A stretch of 64,000 bases of DNA from Hormiphora californensis. Lineage: Eukaryota > Animalia > Ctenophora. The stretch spans positions 3,286,001 through 3,350,000 of the forward strand of contig CM035353.1 in NCBI GenBank assembly GCA_020137815.1, written 5' to 3'. Positions 24,954-36,279 of the stretch are shown here, piece by piece. The notes beneath the pieces are model-generated. The model was given only the letters and a program-made list of their open reading frames with translations, was not told where the DNA came from and made no database searches. The position numbers and the translations under genes are program-made. How positions within the stretch are numbered: position 1 is the stretch's first letter; each line of letters starts with the position of its first letter.

Positions 24954-25551
24954 GGGTGCACACAGACAGATCAAACTCGATAATGATCAAAGTTGGTCAA
25001 GATCTTGATCAAACTTGATCATTTGATCAAGCTTGGACAGTAGAAACTGAAAATTATTTATATCAAAGCGAAAAGCGATGTTCCCGACGAATTTTGATAC
25101 GCTGAATTACGTAAGCAACTTTTCTAATCCCTCAGAGGTCGGGAAAGTGTCATAATTGAGCATAATTGGGTCTAATTGACTCCACTTACAAATTTTCACC
25201 TGGAAATGATAGACACTTATAATGTGAGGGCACTCTTCCGACTAATTTTGATACAGTTTTTCTAAGCCCTCCGAAGTCGGGCATGTGCCCTAATTGACCA
25301 ATTAAGGCCAATTAGACCCAATTATACAGTATACAAGACACTTTCCTGACATCGGAGGCATTGGAAAAGTTGCTTACGTGATTCAGCTTATCAAAATTAG
25401 TCGGTTACAGCGGTTTTCGCTTTGATATAAATAATTTTCAGTCTCTATCGTCCAAGCTTGATCAAATGATCAAGTTTGATCAGTCTGTGCGTGTTCATCA
25501 AGATCTTGACCAACTTTGATCACGATCAAGTTTGATTAGTCTGTGCGCACC
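24954..25551. mobile_element. MITE with GGTGC..GCACC termini and TGATCA-rich TIRs
   Basis: Long imperfect inverted arms (GATCAAACTTGATCATTTGATCAAGCTTGGAC...). Confidence 0.7.
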
Positions 25552-25783
25552 TAAAGGTAGCTCAAATAATAGGGCAACCTTTCCGGCCTACTAATTTCAA
25601 CTAGTTTTGGTATAATTTATCATATATAATTTAATAGATAATTATATGTCAAAACACAGTTTGCCCACACACTAGTAGATCTCAAAGAAAACACACACAC
25701 AGTTCATACAGCTCGAAGAGTTTATCAGTTTATATAGGGTGCGATGTCAACGTAGATCAGGGTTTGGTGTTGTATCAAGGCCG

Positions 25784-26453
25784 CTTGTAGTGGAGAAACG
25801 TTTTTCAAATACAGTGCACAGACGCACCGTTTACGTAGCGTGTGGTTACTAAACAACTAAATGAGCTCACTTGTTGAGCATGATCTGAAGATCATGCTAT
25901 AGATCATATAGCGCTAAACATGAGTTTAGTACCCGTGCGCTACGTAAAATCGGATTTTTCCCGCCCGGGTGAATTAAAGGCGCACAATTTAGTGCTACTA
26001 AAACACAATACAAGGATTTTTTGAATACTGTTTGAGTGATATGAATAATCGGGAACGTCAGTCCCGCCCTCGCATTTGATGGCTATCAACATATAATAAA
26101 AGCTGTTAGCGGGGCAATAGAGCATTATGAGACATAATGCAGGGTGCCTCACGTTCGAAAGGTTGCGTGGCGTTGTATTTGCGGGTGATAATCTAAATCC
26201 AGTTCCTGAAAAGCTCAAAACTTGATCCTGGAAGCATTGAAAAGACAATTCTAAGACCTTTTTAATGTAACAAGGATTAAGTTTTTATCTTATCAGAAAT
26301 TACTAGTTCAACTAGAGATATGATCAAAGTGGTTTTTCACGCACAAATACAACGCTGCACACCCTTTTGAATGCCCAGCGTCCCTTAATTAAAAATCCGA
26401 CTTTAACTGGTGCGTCTGCGTACCGTTTTTGAAAACCGTTTCTCCACTACAAG
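25784..26453. mobile_element. CTTGTAGTG-type MITE containing a Kolobok-like MITE (25948-26402)
   Basis: Outer TIR CTTGTAGTGGAGAAACG. Inner AATCGGATTTTT...AAAAATCCGACT|TTAA has a core similar to 7509-7777. Confidence 0.7.
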
Positions 26454-27082
26454 ATGTTAGGAATGTCCGTTGTCGTTCCACTTCCTCAAAGTCAACTGGT
26501 CCTTTTTTCCTTGTCCCCATCCTCCTGCCGTGTCACTGCAGTTAACCTGATGGGAAAGTTTATAAATATTTCGACGATTTGGAAGATATTTTGGGCTAAT
26601 TATTTGTGTCAGAGATATGACTCTTTTGAATACTGATGTTCAAGTTAAGATAAATCCCAGCTTAATGTTTTTGGGTGAATGAAAGTGAAGAGATATCAAT
26701 ATGATCATGTCATGTAATTAACTCGATTTATTATTTTTTAGCTCCCAAAAGCAATGGAAGCATGTAGCAAAACTTACCGTATTTTTCCGTTTTCCAGCAA
26801 ATAAACAGCAGGACCCCCAGGGAAATTTTATAAAGCAGCTGCACCAAACATAAATCATAGAAATTAACAGCTACCTCATTGAGGTTAATGCATACCTCAG
26901 CGTCAACTTCAAGCTGGTAAAACAGTCCGGCATCCACCCACCCTCTGAGAGGGTCCCTCTCCCACAGAAGCAAAACAAACAGATAAACACTTGTTACATA
27001 CATACATTTGACATTTGTGTACAAATTAGTCGGTCACAAACAGATGCCAAACAAAAGTACCTTGATACTTTTATTTGACATT

Positions 27083-28579
27083 TTAGTGGTCGTCTGTAAG
27101 TCTAGTATGTGTACACATGGTCAGTTGGTGGGATTTTAGGTCACACGCCCTTTCAACCCGGTGAAAACTTACTCAGTCGGCTGCACGTGACATTGTGACT
27201 CCACTCTCCATCGTCTTTACAAGTTATAACAGGGCCAGCACCGATCAGAACATGCTTGTGCTTGCAAGTGATGGTTATGTTGGTCCCGGCTTCCTTGGCT
27301 GTACAGCTTCCTTGTGTCGATCTTTCAACAGTAAGTGCAGGACACTCTGATGAAAAATGAAATAGATGGTTTTTAAATTCCCCAAAGATAATAGAGGTGT
27401 GAATTGAGCTATCGAAGTGTGAATTATTAACTTACTTTTATCACACTGGGGTATATCATTTGACCATGATCCACCCTCCTGACATGTCAGTGTTGCAGTT
27501 CCCACAAGGCTATGGTCGGCAGCACATTCGATGGTGGCAGTTGTCCCTGTTGGTGAGGCAGTCCAGGTTCCTTGTGTTGATCCCTCAACAGTAAAGGCAG
27601 GACAGTCGACTGGTTCTGAATCAAAATAGAAATAGTTATTAGCGTAAGTTCAATAATATTAATATTCACAATCGTATCATTGATATTGTGTATAAAATCA
27701 AGGGCATGGTCACATCAATCTCAACAGAATAACGTAACTTCCCCTCCACGTATAATAATAGTGGAACAATATAGACCTTTACCTGCTCTGTAGAAGTCAG
27801 ATGCTTTGTCAGATGCTTTGTAAAACACGATCTGCTCCACATCACGACCCAACCTTGGAACACATTCGCTTTTTGAACTATCTGCGAACAGGTAGTTCAC
27901 CACCTCCACATTGTTACATGTGATGATGAGGGAGTCCTTTGTTTTGGTGATTGTCCAGATCTTATCAACCTCCACCGGGGTTTCTGGTAGGGCTGGCCAA
28001 CTGGTGCACCAGTCTATCTGATACTGCATTGTGGAGGAGAACTTCAGTTTTACATTACTGATATGGCTGCCGTCCTTTTTGTACATCTGCACGAAGATCA
28101 TCTCACCACTGCCCAGTGTAGAGTCCGTCTTTATCTGGAGGGATGTTCCCTCCAGGTCCCAGGGTATATACACACCCTTCTCTACAGCTGCCCAGTCTGA
28201 GAGAATTTAAGTTTCATCAGGGATCTGCACTGGCGCCTGCTTGATTTTATTGATTGAAGGCGTATAAAATACAGTCGGACCCCGATTTAGGGACACCCTC
28301 GGGGGAAAGGCTCTTGTCCACTAAATAGGGGTGTCCACTAAATCGGGGTCAAATAAGGTTAATTTCCTATATCGGGGGAAAAAAATCCTGTCCCTAAATC
28401 GGGGTGCCACTAAATCGGGGGGCCCTAAATCGGGGTCCGACTGTAGTACTGAGTCAGCTAAGAGAGCTTGATATATCATACAAACTGCAGTATTTCAACG
28501 ACAGTTGTAACGAACCTGTACTAGTAGCTGGTCGCCACAAGCCAGCTACCAAAAGGTAAAACACCACAATCAAACGCAT
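27083..28579 (-). CDS. secreted protein: signal peptide + uncharacterised ~135-aa domain + two sushi/CCP domains
   Basis: Phase-1 exons 28579-28516 (MRLIVVFYLLVAGLWRPATST), 28196-27783, 27615-27436 (CPAF...C...LVGTATLTCQEGGSWSNDIPQC), 27346-27173 (second sushi) and 27093-27083 (stop; last exon less certain). Confidence 0.82.
28272..28443. mobile_element. pogo/Tigger-like MITE
   Basis: TA|CAGTCGGACCCCGATTTAG...CTAAATCGGGGTCCGACTG|TA. Confidence 0.9.
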
Positions 28580-29291
28580 CGATGCATTATTTTCTTCACT
28601 AAAAGTAAAAGAACGATTGCAAAGATTCAACACAACTTGGGGAAATGAGAAGTTTACTCTCTAAATGTTCAGCTCTGCCTAGATGTTAAATCATCGCTGC
28701 ACTCTGTTTTTTGAAAAGAGTTGTGATTTGGGAATCTATAAACAAACGGAGAGAGCATTATTTGCTCTTTAAATTTTCAGCCCCGCCCGGTTGGACCGCG
28801 CCCAAAACAAATCATCGCTTTACTCTGTTTTTTGAAAAGCTACGAGTTGCATTGGGAATCTAAAAATAAAAGGAGAGACAATTACTTCATTTTCTCTATA
28901 GCTGGGAGCGAGGGAGAGCAAAACGAGGGATTGCTCGCTACACACACAGTCAGCTTACTATAGTTGCTGATATAAATAAAACTCTACGAACAGACCCTCA
29001 ATGCACCTCTCTCTCCCCTATTCTAACGTATTTAACTCTCCGTGCTCTCCAGTCTCCACTGTGGGGAGGATTTGATGTTGTTTGAGGAGAGTCCACACAT
29101 CAAATCCTTTTTTCACCGAGCATCTCTGATATCTCACTCACTTAAAGAAAAACTCTTTCTCTTATTCACGCGATGGCATGGTGCAAATCAGCAACAAAGT
29201 TTTGCTGTGAATGTTAAGATTTTCTTTACCAAAAAGATTGCTGATTGGGCAGTGATGAAATGATTTTATATTAGAGTATATTATTATATTA

Positions 29292-30189
29292 GGTCGTTCC
29301 ACAATGATCGGGACTGAGGCTATACACCACGCTATGCAACCCCCTGAATCAAACTGACGGTACTACCGAGTTAATTAGTTAATTTGAAAGAGAAAAACTG
29401 GTATTAGTTTTGCCGCTACCTGTTTGGTTGCGGAATTAGGGCCAATTTTCAATATCTCGAAATACCCGCCGCCGAAAGGCCAATTATTGACCAATTAAGG
29501 TACCTTATTATGATCCAAATTTGGTTTAACGCTGGTTGGGATTACTCTTGGACTTAACCGAGCCGTTCGTGTGAAATTCGTTGGCAAATCCCGGTTTCAT
29601 AGCTCAATATCGACAAAAGTTCACAAAAAATAGACGAAAAACGACCCAAAAAAGTGGCAATTTTGAAGCAATTTTTTTAAAACCCAAAACAAAGTACAAA
29701 AAAGACCATTTAAAGGTTTAAAATGGATGGATTCGCAAAGAGAATCGTTTCAATTAAATTTTTAGCTATCAAGAACTTGTTTTGGAACCACTATGCGCTG
29801 GCAAGGGCCACAGTTTCTTGGAAATTTCTGATTTTTAGCTCTAGTAGGAAATGACTTCTGCGCCGAGCAAAATTGAAATTTGAGGAAAAAAAGTTCACTA
29901 AAGTTTAAGTTCAGACAATTCCTGAACGCCTAGTACTGTTTTCGTTATTGAATTTTGAAATTTTCTGTGACTCAGAGCTTCTTTAAGAAAGTCACTTTTT
30001 TCATTTTCGGCAGGCAAAAAAGTGAGATTTTTAAAGTGGACTTCCTGGTTCTTACAAAAACGCAACAGGATCTTAACAAAGCTTCTTAGAACAGAAAAAT
30101 GTCCCAAAAACACGATGGTGTTGGCAGAATTCCCCTAAGTTGGCTAGTTTTTGAGTTATACCTACAGTCCCGATCATTGTGGAACAACC
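29292..30189. mobile_element. ~900-bp TIR element flanked by TA
   Basis: TIR GGTCGTTCCACAATGATCGGGACTG / CAGTCCCGATCATTGTGGAACAACC. Confidence 0.8.
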
Positions 30190-30371
30190 TAATAAGAGGG
30201 AAATCATACGACTCTTACTGCAGTTAGCGACAATCGAGAAAACAGACAGCATAACTCTTTTAAGCGACAGTGCTGTGTAATTTCTCAAAACTCTTATTCT
30301 TAGTGAGCAACAGGGAAAAGAATTGGGGAGAGAAAGTGAGAGACAGGGTGCCCCCTTGAGAGAGATTATCT

Positions 30372-30477
30372 CGCGCGGCGCATTGGCACGTGCGGTTTGG
30401 GCGCTGGCAGGCTTTTACATGTTGCAACATGTAAAAGCCTGCCAGCGCCCAAACCGCACGTGCCAGGGCGCCGCGCG
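30372..30477. repeat. spacerless GC-rich palindrome
   Basis: Centre TTGCAA; perfect arms of about 43 bp, then mismatched extension. Confidence 0.9.
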
Positions 30478-31004
30478 TTACTATCTTGCTCTCTCTCACT
30501 CACTAGCTGCATTCTGATTGGCTGTTATCGATCACATGTACGCAGTCACAGGCTATCCCTGTGCACTAGGACTTATCACGTGACCTTTCACGTGACCAGA
30601 TGCTGTGATCCCCGGTCAGTTAAGAGTTTATACGTCGCTAAGTAGCGGCGCTTACCACACAAGAGAATGGAATCACCATTCTCTTACTCTTGATATCTCT
30701 TACAAGAAAATAAGAGTTATTTTGGAAAACAGTCAGCACCTGTCGCTTACTCCAGTAAGCGATTGCGAAATCAATCAGCACCTGCTAACTTCAGTAAGAG
30801 TCGTATGATATCCCTCTAAGGAGACATGTTTTTGACAGGAAAAGCAAATCAGCGACACACGCATACAATTACACAATTAGTAAGCTCTTCCACTGCAGCT
30901 GTGCCAAACTTGAGGGGCAGAGCTGGAAGTGGCAGATCTTTCACAAAAAACGAGTCTGAGCAACCCAAATATAATATCTCGTATTGTCTTCCTCTTTCCA
31001 CCTC

Positions 31005-32230
31005 TCAACTGCTACACAGCTCAACTTCATCTCCTGCGTGTGATTCACTAGCTACGTTGGCCCTGCATTTGTCGTCGTCCTGCCAACACCTCTCATGTTG
31101 TGCAGCGACATGCCATCCTGGCGCCCACCACCACTGGGGGTGTTCTCCGATCCTAGTCCATATTGCGAACCCTGACATGCGGGTAAAGTAGACGATTGGG
31201 TTACACGTGGCGTTGATAACCACAAATAGAACCTTGCTAAACACCCAGCTGTAGGAATACATGAGGGGTGGCGAGAAGAAGGGACCCGGGAAGGACTGGT
31301 AGACGAACTTACTGAGTACAAATGCCACGGTGTTCCCAAAGAAGGGGATGTTACAGAAGAGTTGGATCCATCGCATCCTATTCTCGCTCCGCGAATAATA
31401 GGATCCCGGCCCGTTGGTAGCAAGAACTCACGTGCGCGCCATGTAAAGCACGTTTTCAGCAGTGGGACTATCAAATCTCACTCAGGCATCAATGTGGCCA
31501 AACAGAAGAGGAAGATGGCGGTGAATATTGCGATGGTAGTAGAGCCTTTGTGGGCAATTCTCTTGGATGGGGGTACCTGTTGTCTGTACGGTTTCACAGC
31601 CGAGAGTATGAAACTAACGAATATAATGATAGAGGGAAGGCCGATTAGAGTGAGGTTGGAGATGTTCGAGTAGAACGACCATGTCGGGTTATCACTGCCC
31701 TTCACACTGTACGCAATGTCCATTATATACAAGTAGTACACCCCAAACTGGTGTCGTATCAGAGTCTCAGCAGCCATGGCAACGGAGTAGATACAGAAGG
31801 CAGCAACGAGGTGATTGCTATTGATAATATAGAAAGGAACCCTGATGTTTAGGGCTCGGGTGACGCTCATCATCATCACCAGGAATATTGAGGTGTTTTG
31901 GAGGTGCTCAAACAGTATCGTCCAGAAAACAGTAAATACGAAGTTGTTGAAGAGCACTGGGCGACGGTATCGCATCAGGGACATCATGACGGGGGTGTGG
32001 GCCACACAGGTGCAGATATCAGTGAAGCTAATGGCAATGTAGAGTCTACCCGCTAGTTTCTTCCTCTCACACTTGACAAAGTATTTTAGGGCGAGGATGT
32101 TACCCGTGACTCCTACAATAAGGCAAAGTGCCAAGATGGTCGCTATAAAGAGGTCAGCTAGGCGGGAGGGCCGGTAACTAGGATCAAGTAGAATGACGTG
32201 GGAACTGAACGTTTCGCTGCTCCAATTCAT
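31005..32230 (-). pseudogene. single-exon rhodopsin-class GPCR interrupted in TM6 by an insertion
   Basis: GVTGNILAL (TM1), ISFTDICTC (TM2), MSVTRALNIRVPF (TM3), AIFTAIFLFC|NIPFF (TM6), INATCNPIVYFTR (TM7). Removing insert + one TSD copy joins the two ORFs in frame. Confidence 0.8.
31362..31501. mobile_element. 140-bp non-autonomous insertion with 9-bp TSD
   Basis: ACAGAAGAG at 31353-31361 and 31502-31510; TTGG...CCAA ends. Confidence 0.88.
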
Positions 32231-32679
32231 AATCCAGATCGTTGCTTGGTGAGCCTATTATGAATAAAGTTCAATTGGAATTCACAGTCGATTATAGAAA
32301 TTTATGACAACTAGCGCACCCATTGCATTGGGTGCGCCTCAATTAAGGGCTTTTTGATAACCCACCCGGCTTTGCCGGGTGGTTCTTTTCACCCCTTTCA
32401 ACGTCAATAACACGGTTGCCATGGCAACTGAATTGGTAACTATGGAGACTGGCATGTTAAAAGTCATTCGAAAATATTAACAAACTTCCACTGGAAGTTC
32501 CAAAAATGTAAATATCAGCTTTGGCCACATAAAGTGTTTTATGAAGGAGCACTGTCGCGTAGAAACGCACTGAACGAACGACCATCACGCGACATCTCCA
32601 AATTATAATAGAGATTATCCTTAATTATAAAGTCGAAATGCATTTAAATGCAGATTGCAAGTCGCGATGAAGAGGAGTA

Positions 32680-32849
32680 TGACCTATCCACATGCGTGCA
32701 AATAGAGGGGGGGGGGGGGTTGCCAAGGAGGTGCCCTGAGAGGGTGCACCGCGTGCGGGTTGGTGCAGCGGGTGAGAGGGGTGCTCCTGGGTGAGGAGGA
32801 GTGTGGGGATTCGAGTCAACGGGTGCTCTACTTCAACGGGCTTTCTAGT
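32680..32849 (+). mobile_element. interspersed repeat with a Helitron-like CTAG end
   Basis: CACGTGCAAATAGAGGGGGTTGCCAAGGAGG family, also at ~34220-34266, 41852-42240 and 43345-43410; ends AACGGGCTTTCTAG|T. Confidence 0.55.
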
Positions 32850-33272
32850 AAAACTTAAAATACTAGGCGTGATGGCAAGACAGAAGCTCTATATTATAAT
32901 CAAGTCGTATCATTGATACTATCAAATCGTATATTTTGATAAAAACGATAAAACGATAAAATCGATCGATCTGGGCTCCAATATCAAAAGCAATCAGCGG
33001 TCATCAAACAGCAGGGTTGGCGGAATGATTTTTCTCCAGAGGGGGCTGAATGAATTTAATATGCATAAATGAAGCATTCCGATAGAGGAGACCTGATCCC
33101 GCGCTAAAACAGCTACGACCAGAAAAAGCAAAATAATTTTAATGTGCATAACAATTATAGCGTTCCGATTTATACCCTCTCACACGTTAGAAGGTGTTTT
33201 TCTAAAAAACGTTTCTTGTCCTAAATATTCACAATTGCAGGTCTAAGTAAATGAATTTAATATGCATAAACC

Positions 33273-33659
33273 AAGCATTCCGATAGGTTATTATATGGCA
33301 AGAGTTGAGTGGCTGGAGGAGACCTCCCGCGATAAAGCAGCTACGACCAATCAAAATAAGCGATACAAAACACTTTCCCAGAAAGCAATTATTGGATCTA
33401 ATCAATAAGGGGCAAAAAGACATGTTATCGACTGGGGAAATGACACAAGCAAATGATTTTAATATTAATTATTAATATCAAGCGTTCCGATAGGTTATTA
33501 TATGGCAAGAGTTGAGTGGCTGGAGGGGACCTCCCGCGATAAAGCAGCTACGACCAATCAAAATAAGCGATACAAAACACTTTCCCAGAAAGCAATTATT
33601 GGATCTAATCAATAAGGGGCAAAAAGACATGGTATCTATATCGACTGGGGAAATGACAT
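33273..33659. repeat. ~175-bp direct duplication
   Basis: 33273-33447 repeats at 33480-33659. Confidence 0.85.
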
Positions 33660-36245
33660 ATCAATTGCGTTCCGATTTATACCCTCTCTTGCCCGCGATT
33701 ATGCCTCTCCCGGTCAGGGAAAAACAACCTTTTAAGAAAAAAAAGATTTTATTACAGCTCCCCCTACTCATATTCCTGTACTCCAAAACCCAAATTTTGT
33801 TTATTTATTTTGAACACACCATCGTTACAAGCATGTAATTGGAATCCCAAAAAATATAGGTGCATCATTTACTTTCTTCATGAAGTAATCTCGTGCACTA
33901 GCCGGTGACTTCCCCCATAATCCTTCCCTTATTCTTCGTGTAATTTTGTCCATGCAGTAATTCGAACATTTGGAAGATCTCCCGGGAACTTAACATTTGA
34001 TGGACAACACACGCTGCCTAGTGTGACCACTCTGGCGCCTACCACCGCCCTACACCTACGTCCATCAAATGGGTGACGAAATTTGAAAAATAAACTGAGA
34101 TTTTGACGTTGAGTGAAAATCACCAACTTTTTCGTTTCACTTCTAGAATCTAGAGACCAGCTATAAAGCAACCGGCCCGGGATATTATTAAGCAACATGA
34201 TATAATATCCTTAATGAAATGAACGTCGTGAGTATGATGTAGTATCCACACGTGCAAATAGAGGGGCCCTAGTAAAGGTCGCGCGGGCAATTATGGTGAA
34301 AATTGGCCAATCTACAAACATTAATGCGCGAATCCTCAACAATATTGGCCAATCTTTGCTGGATGCGCAAATATATTGGCCAATCTTCGCTGTTATTCAG
34401 AACGCGCAATTGTAAAGCCGCGCTAAAACTGTTAAAGCCGCGCAAAATTATTTAAAATGCAAGCCTGAAAGTCGCGTTGGATGCACGGCAACGGTTACCA
34501 CAATGCAAGGAACCTTCTGTGAAACATCTCACATTCCCTTTCTAACCCTATCGCCAATTGCTACCCCCTTTCCCGTGCTGTAAACCTTTTGTAAAACATC
34601 TTACCTTCCCTTTCTATAGCCCTCTCGCCAATTTCTACCCCCTTTCCCGTGCTGTAAACCTTTTGTAAAACATCTTACCTTTCCTTTCTAGCCCTATTCT
34701 ACATCCTTCCTGCAGCTTTCTCTCACCTGTTAATCGTGGTTTCACTCCCCCTTCATGGACACTTAACTTTCTTCTCAATCTGGGCTCTGCTGGATTTCCT
34801 TCTACGACCCCCCTGCGGCTTCCTCTCACCTGTGGTGTTTTCACCTATCTTCCCTGTGATCTTCTTCTCCCTCCTACCGCTTTCTCTCATCTGGTCATCG
34901 TGGATATCTCCCTTCCTTACTGGACCTCCCTTCTACTTATCTTGGTTTCCTGAGCTGTGCTGGACTTCCTTCTAGTCTGTGGTTTCTCTCATCTGGTCAT
35001 CATGTTTTCACCTCTCCTTCCCTGGGTGTCCTCCACGAAACTAAATTCAGTTTAGTGTTGAAATTTAGAAGTCAAGTTAGTGAGCGACTATTATTTCGCT
35101 AAACTTTAGAAAACCGTCCACGAACACATGTTTCGGAGCTTGGTCCGATCCCTATCTGGTGTTAAATGGGCCCCCTTTTGGGAAACCCCTCTTTTTTCCC
35201 CTGGTTCAGGGGGAATAAATCGTAATTTGTTAAATTAGATAGAATTCCTGGCCAGACACTTTATTCCCCAATGTGCGATATTAAATTACCCGGCCACCCC
35301 CTGAAGGGGTAACGAACATGGGGAACCGGAATGGTAGATTGGCAATAGATGAATTTGGGAAAATGAGATGAAATATGGCCCTTGATTGGAAAGGGGACCT
35401 GAACCCGGGGGATAGAGGGGGAGCCGAGGATTGGGCATTTTGGTTTGGGGGGAGGGGGAATGAGGGGGAATATTTGGGAAGTGGAATGAGAGGGGAAATG
35501 GCGGGGGGGACTGAGCATTGGGAATTTTGGGATGAGGGGGAAGAAAGGGAGGGAGAGAGGGAAGAAAGAGGGAGAGCGGGAGGGGAAAAAGGAGAGAGGT
35601 TGGCTTGGGCGGGGGGGCCTCCTCCCTCTCTCTCTCTCGTCTGCTTGCTTGCTAAATTTAACCTCTTTCGCCCCTTTCTCTCCCTGGCTCTCTCTCCCTC
35701 TCTCCTCTCCCCCCTCTCTCTCTCTCTCCTCTCCTCTCTCTCTCTCTCTCTCTCCTCGCTCTCTTTTCTCCTACTCTCTCCCCTCTCTCTCCCCTCTCCC
35801 CCCCTTCCCGGCCCCTCTTTTCCCCTTTACTTTTGATATTTGCTATGTATTCTTGTAATACGGAAATTTAAATCATTCCGGAAATATTTCATTTTTGGCC
35901 CTCAGTATAACATATTCTTGAAAAGTACTGTCTAATTATACTCTTTTCATTGTCCTCTCCTATTTTTCTGGGATATAAAAATTTTCCCCCCCCCAAACCC
36001 CCCCTTCTTTTTTCCCCCCTCTCCCTCTTTCCCTCGTTCCTATAATGATTTTTATTTTTCAATTTTCCCTTTCAATTTCTCGTTTTATAGGTTAGCTGTA
36101 TGTCAAGACCGTGGCCATTTTGCAAGTTTGGGTCATTTTGGTTGGGGGTTTCTTGGAAACCTTTTCCACAATAGTAAAATTAGTTTCAATTTTGACAGCC
36201 TTTGTTGGCTAAATTCCGCCTGTTTAGGGCGAAATTTTTTGTGCT

Positions 36246-36279
<34 letters not shown>

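Larger units (their letters stand above)
24491..25612. mobile_element. TIR element flanked by TA (Tc1/mariner-like) containing two nested MITEs
   Basis: ~60-bp TIR TACCAAAACTAATTGAAATTAGTAGGCCGGAA...AGCTACCTTT at both ends. Confidence 0.75.

Noticed and set aside
26731-27024. Transmembrane exon for the sushi gene
   Set aside because: The phase does not fit the upstream exon, and a nearer acceptor gives a stop at 27083.
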